The notes: generated from the sequence alone by a model not told the origin. A stretch of DNA of 39,034 nucleotides from Acanthaster planci (GCF_001949145.1 NW_019091361.1:4212164-4251197); one strand, 5' to 3'. Shown: positions 10,830 to 24,682, counted from the first letter of the stretch. Program-made: numbers and translations.

Positions 10830-11110
10830 TCCAAAAGCAATCGACTTGAGGAGACTATGGCTCATTATCTTTGGGAGGGAGAGAAGGTTTCAGATTACAG
10901 CAACCAAACTTTGGAACTCTTTATTAGGAATTTGTGAGACTATCGAAATCATTTGACACCATCAAGGACAGATTAAAATCATATCTGCATAGACAGGCGT
11001 TTGGTTAATACTTCTCAACTTATCATCGTTGGATGTCTTTGCTTATTATAGCGCAGTGAGCGCCGTTTGCAGTGGATACTGGCACTCTATAAATGTTCAT
11101 TATTATTATA
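10830..11110 (+). mobile_element. 3' end of an L2-clade LINE (decayed ORF2 C-terminus, stem-loop and TTA tail)
   Basis: Translates with frameshifts as G.RRFQITATKLWNSL...DTIKDRLKSYLHRQAFG (L2 consensus-like GxRxF...LWNSLP...FKxxLKTxLF); tail AGCGCAGTGAGCGCC...GCACTCTATAAATGTTCATTATTATTAT. Confidence 0.75.
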
Positions 11111-12009
11111 ATTGTTACCATAAAATAGTGTTTACCAGATTCTATGCAGTTTTTCACTAAATTAAATCCATTAGTGCGTATTTAGTGAAGACAGTAACAA
11201 GTGTCCCAAAGCGAATCCAAGACATACGTAAAATCACCGGTGCCTTGGTTCAGGTTGACTCAAAACAAATGGGACGTCAGTTAACAATACATGTAACTCG
11301 GCATTTTCCATTATCTTGTTACATACTTTGCACCATGAGCAACTACAGATGAATGGTATGTAGAGTAAGTAAGTTGTAGCAATTCCTTCAGAAACTTACA
11401 TTATTCACTAACATTGTACCTGTACATGTGGCAAGTTAGGAGTCATTCACTCATGTAAATGTACATGCACCGATATAATGTGTATTCTAGTGCACGTACA
11501 CATGTACATGTACAGTACATACATGTACATGTATGCATAAAATAAAACACACGTGGCCTGATCATTTCCAGTCTAGCAAGAACAGTAATATCCTCAGTTA
11601 GTTTTGGGTATGTGACTGTTCACATGTAGTACATGTAAGTGTAAGTACACATGGCCAGATGCTTCTGGATCTCCGGACACTTTTGCAATTTTTGTTGCCA
11701 AGTTCTCACTTGCATGTACCAGTATACACGTAGGAGCCCATAGTTACAAGTTCTGTCGTCATTCCTGAGCAGACTATGTGCCTATACACTGGCACTGTAA
11801 AGGGCACGAAGCTTTCCGGTTTATTTTTGTATCGCAATGGTAACAAAGGTGAGGGGTGAAGCGAAAGAGAGAGTTGTTTTTCAACTGGCATAAGAAGCTG
11901 CTAGGTACAGTGGAACCAGATATCAATGCATGGTACACCTACTGACGCGTGCAGGTGAACTTCCTGGCGGTTAAACTGAATGCTTTAATAAAGGGTACTG
12001 CTGAGTATA

Positions 12010-12471
12010 GGGGTGCACTGAACCAATTCAAGCTCCATCAAAAATAGTGTAAAATCAACCAAGTTTGGAGCCCCATGGCAGGCAACTGAAGTCCCCGAGG
12101 CCTCTCAAACAAAAAAACAATGTGTTGTTTGGTCCTTCAGGTTTCATTTGATTTTCAATTTTTAGTAGGTTAACCAATGAATTTTTTAATTATCCGCCCA
12201 GAACAAACTCACCCCCCAAAAAGTGAATGTTGCCAAGCCCTCCCAGCAGCCATTTTTCAAATGACATACCTCACCTTCCTTCCTCGGGGTCTTCTGACTA
12301 ATTTTCAATCCCAGTTTTTGTCTGCTGTGCCCCCAGATGGGTGCCCCTGAATCTACAGAGATGATCCTGGGCCATACTGACACGACCCCACCATTTCTTG
12401 GCCCAAGCAGACCCCTTTTTTCAAAACAATCTCTGGGGGTACTTTTTCCTTGAATTGGGACACTGCACCCA
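12010..12471. mobile_element. MITE with ~22-bp imperfect TIRs, flanked by TA (Tc1/mariner-like target site)
   Basis: Left GGGTGCACTGAACCAATTCAAG; right-end reverse complement GGGTGCAGTGTCCCAATTCAAG; second copy at ~246. Confidence 0.75.
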
Positions 12472-12730
12472 TAGAGGATGACATTTAATTTGATTCAGTG
12501 CATTGGCAGTAGGCAGCCTACATGTACATGTATGAGTACACATCATTATGAATATCAAGGTGTCATGTAGGCATTATAAGCAGGGGCAGAATTTGTCAGA
12601 ATTGTTTTCATCAGGACTTTCCTGAACCAAGGATTTTTCAAACACTCTCTTTGAGAATCTGCATAATCCTTAATTTACCATTAAAGTCTTCTAATATCTA
12701 CATGTACATTGTAAAATTGATCATTGTTGA

Positions 12731-13470
12731 AGTTGTAAAGCTAAACACTGTACATTTAATTATGGTTGCATCTGAAAGCTAGGGTAGTTTAGAAAATGCC
12801 CTACTTTTATCTAGATGCAATCAGGGACGACTGAGCACCATTGTTTTAACAATCGATGGGTGAAACAACATACTTTCTTTTCAAATCAGGCAAATCAGTG
12901 CTTTTCTGTGCATCAGGGATGAGATTCGTCAGGATTTTTCCTGAGTTCGGGATTTTTCTAACAATCTACCAGTATTTTAAAAATCTGGATATCCTGAGTT
13001 TATCTTTGTGGTGTTTTTACACATAACAGTCGATATGGAACACAATAAATGGGCATTTTAAGGGGTGCCTCAAAGCAAACATAGACCTTACACAGCTGTG
13101 GGGCCATGATCAAAGCCTTGGAGGATTATTTCCTGCATTTCGTTTTCCTCCAATCTCATCTCTGATGTATTCTAGCATTGGATATAAATAAAATGCCAAA
13201 CAGTCTTTGGAATAATCATTCGTAAAATACATGCAGGATTAGAATTTAGTACCTTATCCCTCAGCAACACCTTTGACATGTCTGTCTTCCCTGTCATTAT
13301 AAAAGTTGACACGTGCTTTTAATCCAAACTGGAGAAAAAAAGGTTTTTACCTGTTGTTTTGAAAAGTGATGACGCTCATTTATCTGTGCTGCAGGGATAG
13401 GACATTAATGGAAAGCTTCTAAACAAGCCTTTCAGATGCAAGCTTACTTAGAGTGTTTAGCTTCATAACT
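12731..13470. repeat. Diverged long inverted repeat (arms ~12731-12894 and ~13345-13470)
   Basis: AAGCTAAACACT...TTGCATCTGAAAG...GTTTAGAA on + at 12738-12794 and on - at 13418-13463; CTTTTCAAA...CAGG also inverted. Confidence 0.65.
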
Positions 13471-14835
13471 ATAGTTTACCAATTCAGGATTTGATTTTTT
13501 CATAAAACCCTGTAGAAACTTCAAGAAATTTGGGGGCCTTTAGGCAAACACAAATGTATTCCATGGACCTTACACTGCCCTGGGTCCCTCAAAACTTACA
13601 TAGCTCTGGTGCTTATTCTGTGGCTATTTCATTTTTCCTCCAATGTCATTCCAGGTTAAGGCACTGGTAGAACATTTTACAAGGGTTTTCCCTTGCTTCA
13701 GGCTTGTCTACCATCTGGAAAACAAAAATGTAGTTCCCTTTGAATTTGAAAACATTCTTCACCCTGTGCTTGACATGTGATGGTGTTTGTCCCCCACAGG
13801 CAAGAGTGCTTCAGTGGCACAGCTGTGCTGAAAACAAACATTATGACATGAATGCTGTGTGTAAATTGGGGTTGGACTGTGGGTAAAGGAACAGTATGTA
13901 TGCTGTGCAGGAGAGACGTGGTTGGTTGTTGACTGTTGTGTATTAATTTGAGACACATACGGGTACACATGTAGTCAAGGTGTTGAGGTGAATTTGAATA
14001 CCAGATCACTATGTTCATAGCCCCTGGGAGGCTAACCTTCAGCTGCCAAGCTTTTAAGTAGAGGCACACCTCCGCGTTACTTAAAAGCTAGTATACACCA
14101 TTTGTTAAATCTCTGAAATGGGACTGCCAGATAATAAATATTTACATGCCAGCATCTCACTGTAAAGTAAGTAAATAACATCGTCTGACACACTGTAAAA
14201 TCTTTCCACCCGGAATGCTGTCATTTTTGAGGAGAAACCAATTTTACACTTTTCCCGTCATCAGCTTTTGTGTATTTGTTTTAACCTCAGTGAAATGATT
14301 ATGTAGGATGCCCAGAATTTCGGGCCTTGACAAGCCGAAGATTCTTTAATATATGATCACAAGATAAGCCGGCAGGGTCATCCTCATAGAGGTCACTGTG
14401 GAGACAAACAGAGGATGGTCAATCTTGTTCCCGAGGCCCTGTACAATGTACATGCAGAATTGTAGTAAGGCTCAGCCGCATGATTCCATACATGTATGTA
14501 TGTCTACATGTACATGTACATCAAAGACTTTTAACATCAGTATTGATGGGATTGACGGTTTTAATTGCATGCGCTTGCTGAAATCTGATCTGGCCTGCAA
14601 TGGTATTGCATGCTAACACCAATCCAATTTTCCTGACTGGGAAAAGAAGCAGTTTCTGTTGTGGTCAAGGGGGCAGTGTTGAAAATTACTTGTATGCCCA
14701 GTTCATTATTTGGATTTAAATTGTCGCTGTTATTAGATCGGTACTGGGTTGGTGGATCTCAAAAAGAGTTCATCACCCTTAATCTTCCAGAGAAAAAGTG
14801 GAGATAACAGACTTTCTGTGTAAACATTATATGTA

Positions 14836-14979
14836 GAGTCGAATCTCGTTAATAAGAGGTCCTCCGGACAAATTACCTTGTTATAACAATGAAAACTAAA
14901 GGATTGGGACCTTAAAATGTTCTTGTTATAAACAGAATCTTGTATTAACAGTGTTATTATTATTATTCAGCTGTTCATG
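14836..14979. mobile_element. Degenerate Tc1/pogo-type MITE
   Basis: TA|GAGTCGAATCTCGTTAATAAGAGG start (CAGTCGAAxCTCGTTATAA-like TIR), internal repeated CTTGTTATAA motifs, ends in TGTA. Confidence 0.45.
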
Positions 14980-17788
14980 TACATGTACATGTATTGTTAC
15001 CATATCAGCATATCTATAGGTGAAGAGTGTCACACCAGCTAGCATAGGCTACTTTAGAAGGCTAACGTTTTAAAGTGGTTTGCAAGGTTTTTTTGCAGCA
15101 GTTTTTCTCCTTACATACCCAGTAAATTATGTCATTGCTTTCAAAACGTCCACCTCCATGAGTACAAGTACATGTACAATAAAAAAAATAATAAATAGTT
15201 TAACGGGCTAGAGTATCGACAAGCAACAAGGAAGTGGGCCGGGACTGTGTCTTCAATGTTTATACTTGTTATTTACATGTACTTGTTTATTTTAGTTAGT
15301 GATCAAACTTGAAATAACTTATCATGTGCAGTTCACGACCAGAGTGGGAGTACCATGACTGAAGAAAATATAGGATGGGAAATGGCTTCACCATGAAACG
15401 TATCGGCACATATAAATGTTGTCCAATTAGTATGCTCACATATTTACATTATGATACACCACCTGTCATTTGCCTCTCCACATGTTACTTGCAGCTGTCA
15501 AATGATGTTGTCAGCATGAAATTCAAGGTGGGTTTAACGAGGATGGTTATTCTCCTACCCTGGATGCAGGTGGCGAAAGACACATAAAGGGGCTTCTGCT
15601 GTAACTGTCATCATCACTCATGCCCATCTTGTTTTAAGTTAATTATTTCATATTTTGGAGAATTGGTAAGTCCAGGGGTTTGAAAGTTGTTTGCATGAGT
15701 TGCTCCGTTCCATTGACTGTAATCTAGTACACGTGTGATACAGGCAAGCTGCTTGATTCCGAGAGTTCAGGGAGCTTGATTACTTTTTCCCTCACGTACC
15801 AGTACAAGGCTTTTTTCTGAAGATAGTTTTTTCATTTACTTGTATTTGGAATTTCTTTTTTAGAAAAGGAGTTACATTACATGTATTGTACATGTACATG
15901 TCATAAGGTCTATCTTCAAACATATCGTACATGCACATGTACATGTATTGGTACATCGGATGCAATGTACCGTGTGCAAAAAAAAAGCATGCAGACTACA
16001 TGTACGTGCTGTAATAAGATTTTATGATGTAAGTGTACAGGCACCTTTCCATGCCTTCATTACCCCCCACCACTCAGTGCAGTCCTATACACTTAGTACA
16101 TGGACAATGCACCAGCCCATGTGCATGTACATCCCCTCCCCCCGTATCTCTGTGAACTTGTCATGCACATTGTCTGCATTATTGATCAAATGAAAACCAA
16201 AAGCACATTTTGGATTGACACAGGTAATGGCAGGTGCTGGAAAATAAGTGACATATCACCACCAACCCCTCCCCCCCCGACAGCTGCCGCCGAATAAAAT
16301 TTCATGTTGTGCATCTGCATGTAAATGAAAAGGGCACTGGCAAGCTTCATGCCATTTATTTTTTTACTCGCAGAAACAACTCGACATGTAAACACACTGA
16401 GCTGATGTTCCAAAAACTAAGGACACCCATGCATCATAAAACAGAAATGTTAACAACTCTTGGAGTTCAACATCATGAAGAGGTCACATGAGATATGACA
16501 GAAGTTGAGTTCCTCGCTACATGTCGTTGACAAAGTGATTCACATGTTTTTGCATCTAACCTTCTTGCATTACTCCAGTTGTTAACTTTTGTTAACACCT
16601 CTTTTGTTTACTTCCGAAATAGGAATTCTTTTCCACATGGTTCATGTGCCGATTATCTCTGGAATAATGTGTTAGAAATATTTTTACACAGAATAACACA
16701 AATCAGTTAAGTATGTGTAAATTTAGCCCACCATTCACTGTGCAAACAGCTCAACGTCATGCACTGTACATGGTGCAAATACACATTACCCTTCCTGGAA
16801 CATTTTGTTCCAAGGAAATGGCCAGAGGAAATGTACGTGCACGTCTGTTCATGTACTCTATAGGTGTGCTTCCCAAGTTAGAAAACTGAAACATGTACAT
16901 ATATCTCTTCAGAATTTGTAGGTGCCATTATGTGCTTCCTGGACAAACAGTTTTCTTTTTCGTTCCTTTGGCAGTAACCTTTTATACGACTCAAAATATG
17001 ACATTTACTTGAATCATGGGTGAACTTGAGTGCCCTTGTGTTCCAGTGGGGATATTGTAAAAAGCCCTGGCATATTTTTTGCCTCTAACTATTGCCTAAT
17101 AATTTATCATCTTCAGCAATAAAAATGGCAATTAATGGCACCTTACAGTAGCACATACATGTACATGTCTATTTATGAGGGTATTCCTTTACTGTTTACA
17201 TTTCCTTAATCTTCCGGAATTATATTTGGGAAAAAAAGAAAGAAATTCAGTGAAACAAGAGACAAATATAAAAAACCAAGAAGATGATATAAAAAAATTG
17301 AAAGAAGGAATCAAAGAGCTTCTGTGGGATCGCCAAAAGAAACAAAGTTAAGGGGCTCTCCTAGCTGAGAAGTTTGCCATACATGTAATTCAATCTAAAT
17401 TCAGTATAGTATTTACAACAACAATAAAAAAACCACAATATCAGAATGAAACAAAGTAAAACTCCTGAGCAAGAAACAGCAATTTAGTAAGACTGACAAA
17501 ACAAGCAAATGAAACAAGAAAGGAGAAAAGTAAAGCATGGAGTAAAAGGACTAATTACCACAAATCAGTCAATATCTTGAAATTCATCCTTCTGTAGGCA
17601 CATTTTTCACTAAAGTTTTCAAGTTGGGACTAAGACTTAGCAAAATATGAACAAAATGTACAATGAATATATATATGGAATCTGCTCAAAATCGTAAAGT
17701 TTATTAGCTCCAGAACATGGATCAAAACAGGACAGATTTTTAACTCGACCACATTTTGAACATCTAAAACGTGTTTTAACGACCTAAA

Positions 17789-18334
17789 AGATACGTTACC
17801 ACCATTCTACTTATACAAAAGTTGTTTTTGAAACAAAATCTGGGGAGGCTTAAGTCATTATGAATTTCAATCAATCATAATAATGATGTTATCGAAAAAT
17901 GTATACTCTTCACATGAGAAAAGCCTCATCAAAATCTAAAAATGTGCACACCCTACAAACAAATTATTTCGTCATTCTATGTTATACATTATAATGTGCA
18001 TTTTATGAATACATAAATAATACAGACGAGATTTCCAAATAACAATTTTTTGGAAAATAACTACATGTACGAATTGAAGTTAAGCCTTCCAAAATGCCTT
18101 GGAACAAACAGATACGTTACCGTAAGTCTACTTCAAGAAATTCACATTTTTTAAATAAGATTTTGGGATGTTCAAGTGGATATGAATTTCATTGGTACAT
18201 GTACATATTGTGACAGGCAGACTGAATAAAGTCAATATAATCCCCAGTTTGGTCTTGTCTGTGAGCACCTTCAAAGGACATGTGTCTCAAAATGGCAAGT
18301 CTGTCTGTCATTTTGAAAAAAGGGTAACGTATCT
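17789..18334. repeat. Diverged ~80-bp direct repeat pair with a recurring 12-mer AGATACGTTACC
   Basis: 12-mer at 17789, 18110 and inverted at 18323; both direct copies end TATGAATTTCA. Confidence 0.7.
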
Positions 18335-19739
18335 GGTTATGAAATTGGCAACATGGGGATAAGGACAAATAAAATAAGCTAACCTTTTCCAATTTATTTT
18401 ATATTTAGGGCATACCCATGGGCTGATAATAAAATAGCGTAATCACTGGTACAGTGTATGCACACATGACGGACAAATAGGAGAGTATTCATGAAACGCA
18501 CTTTGGCTGGCGACACAAGACAACCACAATAAATATCACCTTACTGTCACCATTTCTGAGATTTTTCTTCATTTATAAACCTTCTTACCACATGGGTTTC
18601 TGAAACAAAACTCAAACACAAAGAAAATTCATGCAAAGAATTATCAAACACACTCCATACTTCTAAAAAACATGAGCCACACAAAAATGACACACTCGAA
18701 CGCTTTAGTGGACAATGCACCTGTAGTGCTGTTTCCACTCCCCCCTCCCAACCCACACACCCACACACCCATGTACACCTCAGGCTCTACATACATGTAC
18801 ATCTCAACCTGCATCTTGTCTGCACCATGTTCCAATAGAGTAATGATGTTAAAAAAGTGGTCTTAGCTAGTGTAGAATTTATGTACTGGTGTGTATTCAC
18901 CTGTTAACAGTCCTGATTTGCCAATTTCAAAATGATTTTACATGTACATGTAGATATGACCTGGAAGTGATCAGCTTTTTGTAGTCAGTATTTGCATTGT
19001 CCAGTGTATACATGTACATGTATGTGGTTGATGGCATTTTATATGCCCTAGCCATTTAGTTTTGTAGCTCCTGGTAAACAAATCCTGTGACGTCTACTTT
19101 TGACCGAACTTCTACGAGCATGGTTTAAAACCTGTCACTCGAAAGCTGTGTTCGCTCTGGACTTTTTTTTTTTAAACCCAGCCGATGGTAAAATGAAAAA
19201 TGGCCCAATGTGCCCATTGTCAGCAGTTGACTTTCAACACAGAAAAGTTTTAGTGAGACTGTTGGAGAAGCAATTGTAACTGAGCTGGCAATGCAGTGAC
19301 TTATGAGGGCGCTTTGCGTGGCCTTTCTGCATTTGTTTTCGTCCTTAGATACAGTGTTACTGTTCTCATTATCGTCTGGAAATGGTGCACTTTTAATACC
19401 AGTTAATTTTCGAACTGTATTAATGATAATTTCTGCCATGATTGGGACCAAAAGATGAACAAATGCACTAGAAATATTTGTCACATGCTACACCGTGGCA
19501 AAACGTCTACACCGTGGCATTACATCTACATGTTACTTCATGTGGGTTTGGACAGTACATGCACCCTTCTGTGCACCAGTATGTGGGGCTAAAAGTTACA
19601 GGTGGAAATTGTGTCTTGCATCATGTTATTCAAAAGCATTGCTGCTGTCCTGGAGAGGGTGGGTTTCAATTATGCTCTGTGTGCGTGTTTGTGTGCCTGG
19701 TGGTTGGGGTTTCTGCTGGGGTGGATGGACATGGTGTTA

Positions 19740-20760
19740 CTTAGTCCTAAGGTGGCTCCATCCCTCTGATAGCCGGCAGTACATGCCTCTCTCTGAAACC
19801 CTTTCCGACTGGCTGCTGTTATCGTCACTGGTAGCCTGTTCCAGATCTGAGCAGCTCTTGAGGAAGATCCGTAGAGTTACTGTTAGCAGGTTGACTCTGG
19901 TGTGCAGTTGCCTTCAAGTGAGGCAATGTTGATGGGTCGGGTAGTGTCAGCTTGACCTGTGTTTGGAGGATGTTTTGAGGGGTATCCTTGGCTTTGTTGG
20001 ATGCTATGAAGAAGCTCAACCTGCTAGGGGAGAGGTGTCTCGTGCAGAGTGTTCTGATCCCAGTGGCTTCAGCATATCGGACACACTAAACTCACTTCAG
20101 GAGTGCTGCATGACAAAATCAGGCTGACTGGTGCTGGATGACTCTCATTAATCCTGATGTTACGGTTTGTGCTGGGATTCCAAGCACTTGAGAGAAATTC
20201 AAGTGGCAGCGATACTGTTTCTGTGACCTCTCTGCTGGATTTGCCCAAGGTGTGCCTGATCAGTCAAGGGATCTTGATGCCTTGGCTCTGACGGCCTCTA
20301 CACAGTTACTCCAGTAAAGGTCATCAGTAAATGACATCTCCAAGGTACATCTAGTCACGTGTAAACTTCTTCCCGTGTGGATGGCCTGTCCTGAGATGGC
20401 CAAGGTATGCGCCAGCGTCTTTTCCGTTGTGGTGATGCGCAAGTGGCTACACTCGGTGATGTTGCACTATTCATGTTTCCAACTCTGAGCCTAGTCAAGG
20501 ACAGCCTGGAGATCAGCTTGGAGGCCCTTCAGATATCCAGGACTTTTGATAGACTTGCACAGTATGTATCTGAGACTGTCATCAGCAGAGAGCCTCATTG
20601 TTGACTGGAAAGAAGGAATGGGGCTGGACCAAGCACTAACTCCATCGGATATGACATCGGCAGGTGCGAGCAAGGGACATGTGTACCACTGACTGCAATT
20701 CATGCTGGGTTCTACCACTCAAGAAGCCTTCGATCCATGCCTTGCTTTGGTCTCATAAGC
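19740..20760 (-). mobile_element. Decayed CR1/L2-group LINE, reverse transcriptase C-terminal half
   Basis: Minus-strand peptides STMRLSADDSL (RLFADD), LQADL, DDLYWSNCVEAVRAKASRSL, SAWNP and SVSDMLKPLG, in the expected ORF2 order, with stops and frameshifts. Confidence 0.85.
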
Positions 20761-23677
20761 TCTGGTACAAGTGTTCAGGCTATTCCAGTAGTTGCCTTCA
20801 TGTACATTGTAATTTTAATCAAACTACTGGTACTTGATTTAAATGTCTTAATTTAAGTTACTATTTGTTTGACTTTGTAATACATGTCAAAGCAATACAT
20901 AATTTAAACTGCAAATACAGCTAAATTTGTGTAATTTGAAATAGAACTCTATATAATTGGGCCAAATGACCTCCAAGTTTAAAAACTTCAAAATCCAATT
21001 CTTTAAATCATTAAAAGAAATCTACAAATCCTGCCTCCCTCTGCTAATCTCCTAGGGGACCCAGACAGGACAACAGTTCATTGCAAACTGGCCACCCAGG
21101 TTAAATAATGAATAAAAATAAAAAGGGCCTACTAGCCTTCGTGAGAAATCCGTTCTGATAGATTCCTCTACCCCTCCCACAATCTCACAGACTGTGTATC
21201 TTAGTCTAAGTTGTCTCCTGGCTATCTTATTGATTTTCTGATTGTGTTATTCCATTTGCCTTGGAGATGAAATATGTTCCTATGGTTACAAAAGATGGAG
21301 TTTATCCTTCATCAATTGTGGGGGGAAAAAACCATGTACATGTACATGTACTGGTATGCACATGTAGTCTCACTTGTTAGTGTGACCTTACTCCGTGGAG
21401 AATTAAAATGTAGCTTCAGTGAAGAAATTTGACATTGAAAGTAAACCAGCTTTCATTCTTTTTGCTAAGTAAGACTTAGTCAGTTCAAATAATTGAATAT
21501 TCCAATATTCAACCTTTGATTTGCTTGAATATTTAGTCGGTGTTACCAAATTGTCACAGAAATAGAAAAAATATCGTACATCATTGCTTCTACAGAGTAA
21601 AGCTGGAAAATCTTGGAAAGATAATTGTTGGCCTCATTGTCCAGCATACACAGTAAGTTTTAATTAGACCCTTAACCTTGAATTGATGACCTTGGGATCA
21701 ATATTGAAGTTATACTGTCCAAAGATTCCATATTTTGGTAGAAAAAGGACATCACTGAAGAACTGAGAACCAAGCAATACACCACATGAATTGCTCTGAA
21801 TTTTCAGTGCCAGAATGCAGTCCTTGATCATGTCAAATTGTAAAGGGCCGTCAATTTTCCGGGGGCATAATTGGAAAGACTTGCAGCATTAGCATTTTTT
21901 GTTGTTTGTGTATGCTGCTGCGGCAGGGGCAGAATTCTGCACTTTGTTAGAAGGCCAAACGAGAAAATAGTTGCGTTTCCCATTACTTTAGAAAAAAATT
22001 GGAGGGGAAAGATGGGTGCAAATTTGAGGGAGGGGGCCTGAAATTTGAAAGCCTGAGTTTTAGAGTGCAGTGATGTTCAGTTAATTTGTGTGTGTGTACT
22101 TATGCACAACTCGTTTGTTTAAATTCACAAGTGACAAAATGAAATTTAATATTGTGCTTGTGTATATGCAAAACTACAGCACTGTCCAATCCTTGGTCGA
22201 GTGGTTATTAAAGCATTGTTTGATTTAGACAGTGAATGCTAGGGGCACAAAGACATGAGCAAGCCACTTCTTATCAAGCTGACCAGCTTCTTATCAAGGT
22301 AACCAGCTTTGAAAAATGAACTAAACAGTAAAAAAAGAATACAGAGTGATGTACGCAATGGAGTCAAGGGTCGGCAACATGTTGTGGGTTCTGAATGAGT
22401 CTCTAGTTTGTTAAATTGGATACAAATGTTTCGGGGAGAGTTTAGTGCTAGGCACATGTCTGATTTATATACTCTCTCAGACTGCTGTGTGTTAGGCAGA
22501 GGATGAAATCATTCATGTTGGTTAACCTTCATTTGGAGAGTTTCTCAATACATGTAGGAGCTAGTTTGTTGTTAATCCTAAAAAAAGATCTTAGTCTGCA
22601 TTTACCACTAGAGCAAATCTCTGTAAGTCTCTGAAACTGTCAAAGAAGATGTACATACATTAAATCGTTCACACTGATGTGAGTAATATGTAACCCAAAC
22701 CCTATCCGTTTAAATGAGCTTTTACATCTTATTTAAAGGAATTGAGAGCACAAGCACTGTAGAAATGATACTACCACCTTTCCTTTTTTCGGTGGGAGCA
22801 TTGAGGATCCTTTTACTGATGAAAGAATTGGACAGTTGTTTCTTGGAAAAAAAAATCTATTCTACCTTCTCAGGGTCCAAGACCTGGATATGCCTCTGGC
22901 ATGTACATGTGTACTAGATTACACTCGTTTCTCATATGCACGCAAAATGGAAGACACTAAAAAAAGAAATTCTAAATTTGGATGTGACATTTTTAAGAAT
23001 GTTGGTGTCACAAGGTTCACCATGATCTGGACAATGTGAGAGAGGCAACGTGAGCCACAGACTGCCAAACTTCACACACATTTTCCACGATAACTTCAAG
23101 TTCAATGAATCAAACTCACAGTAAAGCTGCCTTTTTGGGGCTTGTGACTTAGCAGTTATTCCTGCTCAGCAAACCCATAGTCGCACAGGCATTCCCAAGC
23201 ACAGACATCAGCAGCCAACACACACTTCTGCTGGCTTTCCCCCAGACTGGACAGCAAATTCAGGGGGCTTCGGGGGTTCCGCGAGACCTCCAGCTGGTGG
23301 TGCTTGACACAAAGTGATGAGTCGTTCTCCAAAATTTGAGTTTATACTCCCACAAAAACGTTCACTTGAAATGTGCCGCCTAGACTTAGTCTGCATGGCA
23401 GTTCACTCTTGAGCTAGTTTCATTGAAGCCAAATAAAAAGTATGTGGGCATAACAAGCATACATGTAGTCAAGCAAATGCCTGAAAGTGTGCCTGGCAGG
23501 AATACTGTAAGAAAAGGACTTTACACCAGAAAACGTATAGTCAAAACATCTTATACTGGACCTTACCGATAGCCTCTGTTTCTGGGGTTTGGGAAATTTT
23601 AAATTCATGAATTCTCTTTCAATTTAAAGAAAAGAACCCAAAGCTGTATGTACTTATAAGTTTTTGTAGTGTATTAA

Positions 23678-24013
23678 CCCTCCTATGCTGAAGTCACTCT
23701 TTGGGTCACTTGGTAAACACCTCAATGAAGCACAGCTGTGTCGTGTTGTGCACTGCACCAACTGTCCCTCACAGGAATATCAGATTGCACTTTTGTGCTG
23801 CCCAACAACTGTGCTTCACTGTTTCATGTGCATAATTGTGCAGTAAACCAAATGCAGTGAAGAGGACTGCACAAAAGACCCTGGGTCATTTTGTGCTGGA
23901 AACCAAATGTGTACACACTGATCCTGTGCATGTTTGTGTGCCACATAGAAAACACATGCAAAAGAGTGACTGTGGGCACTCGTGCATATTTGTGCTGTTA
24001 AACCAAAGGAGGG
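23678..24013. mobile_element. piggyBac-like MITE, 336 bp
   Basis: TTAA|CCCTCCT...AGGAGGG|ATAA (one target-site mismatch); internal inverted AGTCACTCTTT / AAAGAGTGACT; many TGTGC/GCACA motifs. Confidence 0.6.
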
Positions 24014-24239
24014 ATAATTTTTGCCACATGAAATCTTACCGTGTGCTCCATGATGAAATTTTAGTTTTCCAATCAATATTACTTCCTAATATTGCAACTG
24101 CAAGGGAACACGTCTTTAAGTATGATTTTCCCCTTTCAAGTAACACCCTCTTTCAGAATCTGACTTAGAATTAGAAACACCAAACTTTAAAACTATGAAA
24201 CTTAACCTCTATGGACACTTTGCCGTGGGAAAACTGGAA

Positions 24240-24413
24240 ACTTTTACTGCTGCATTTGTAGTGTACAATCTTTTACTAACTTTTTAGTGTACAACTTTTC
24301 ACTACATTTGTGATGCACAGTTTTTCGCCACATTTATAGTTTACAACCTTTAGCCACATGCCATATGAAATTGAATAGTTTACAACCTTTAGCCACATGT
24401 CATATGAAATTGA
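24240..24413. repeat. Degenerate ~28-bp minisatellite ending in a near-perfect 39-bp tandem duplication (24336-24413)
   Basis: ATAGTTTACAACCTTTAGCCACATGYCATATGAAATTGA x2; upstream looser CATTTGTAGTGTACAA units. Confidence 0.85.
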
Positions 24414-24490
24414 TGTTTTATGCATACGGGTAGATAGTAATAAAGATGTTTAAGGATTCTTAGTTTCATTTATTGTGCTATTTAATGCAG

Positions 24491-24682
24491 GTTGAACTGG
24501 CTGTTGAAGACATAGAAACCATCTTAAACACACTCATCTATGATGGCAAAGTTGAGATGACGGTTCAGTTAAGGGCAGGGGCAACATCGTCTGGCACACC
24601 AGGCCAGGTCAAACTATACCGAGCCACCCAGCCACTGACTGAGCCCGCTGGCATCATGAGGGTCCCATGTGGGGTGTGTCCG
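24491..24682 (+). CDS. POLR3F: POLR3F coding exon 7, 192 nt, VELAVEDIETILNTLIYDGKVEM...IMRVPCGVCP
   Basis: Acceptor TTTAATGCAG|; donor CCG|GTGAGT; EDIETILNTLIYDGKVE and PCGxCP motifs. Confidence 0.97.

Noticed and set aside
19125..19932. ORFs of 119 and 145 aa
   Set aside because: No recognisable motifs; the longer one overlaps simple GT-rich sequence and the antisense of the LINE 3' end
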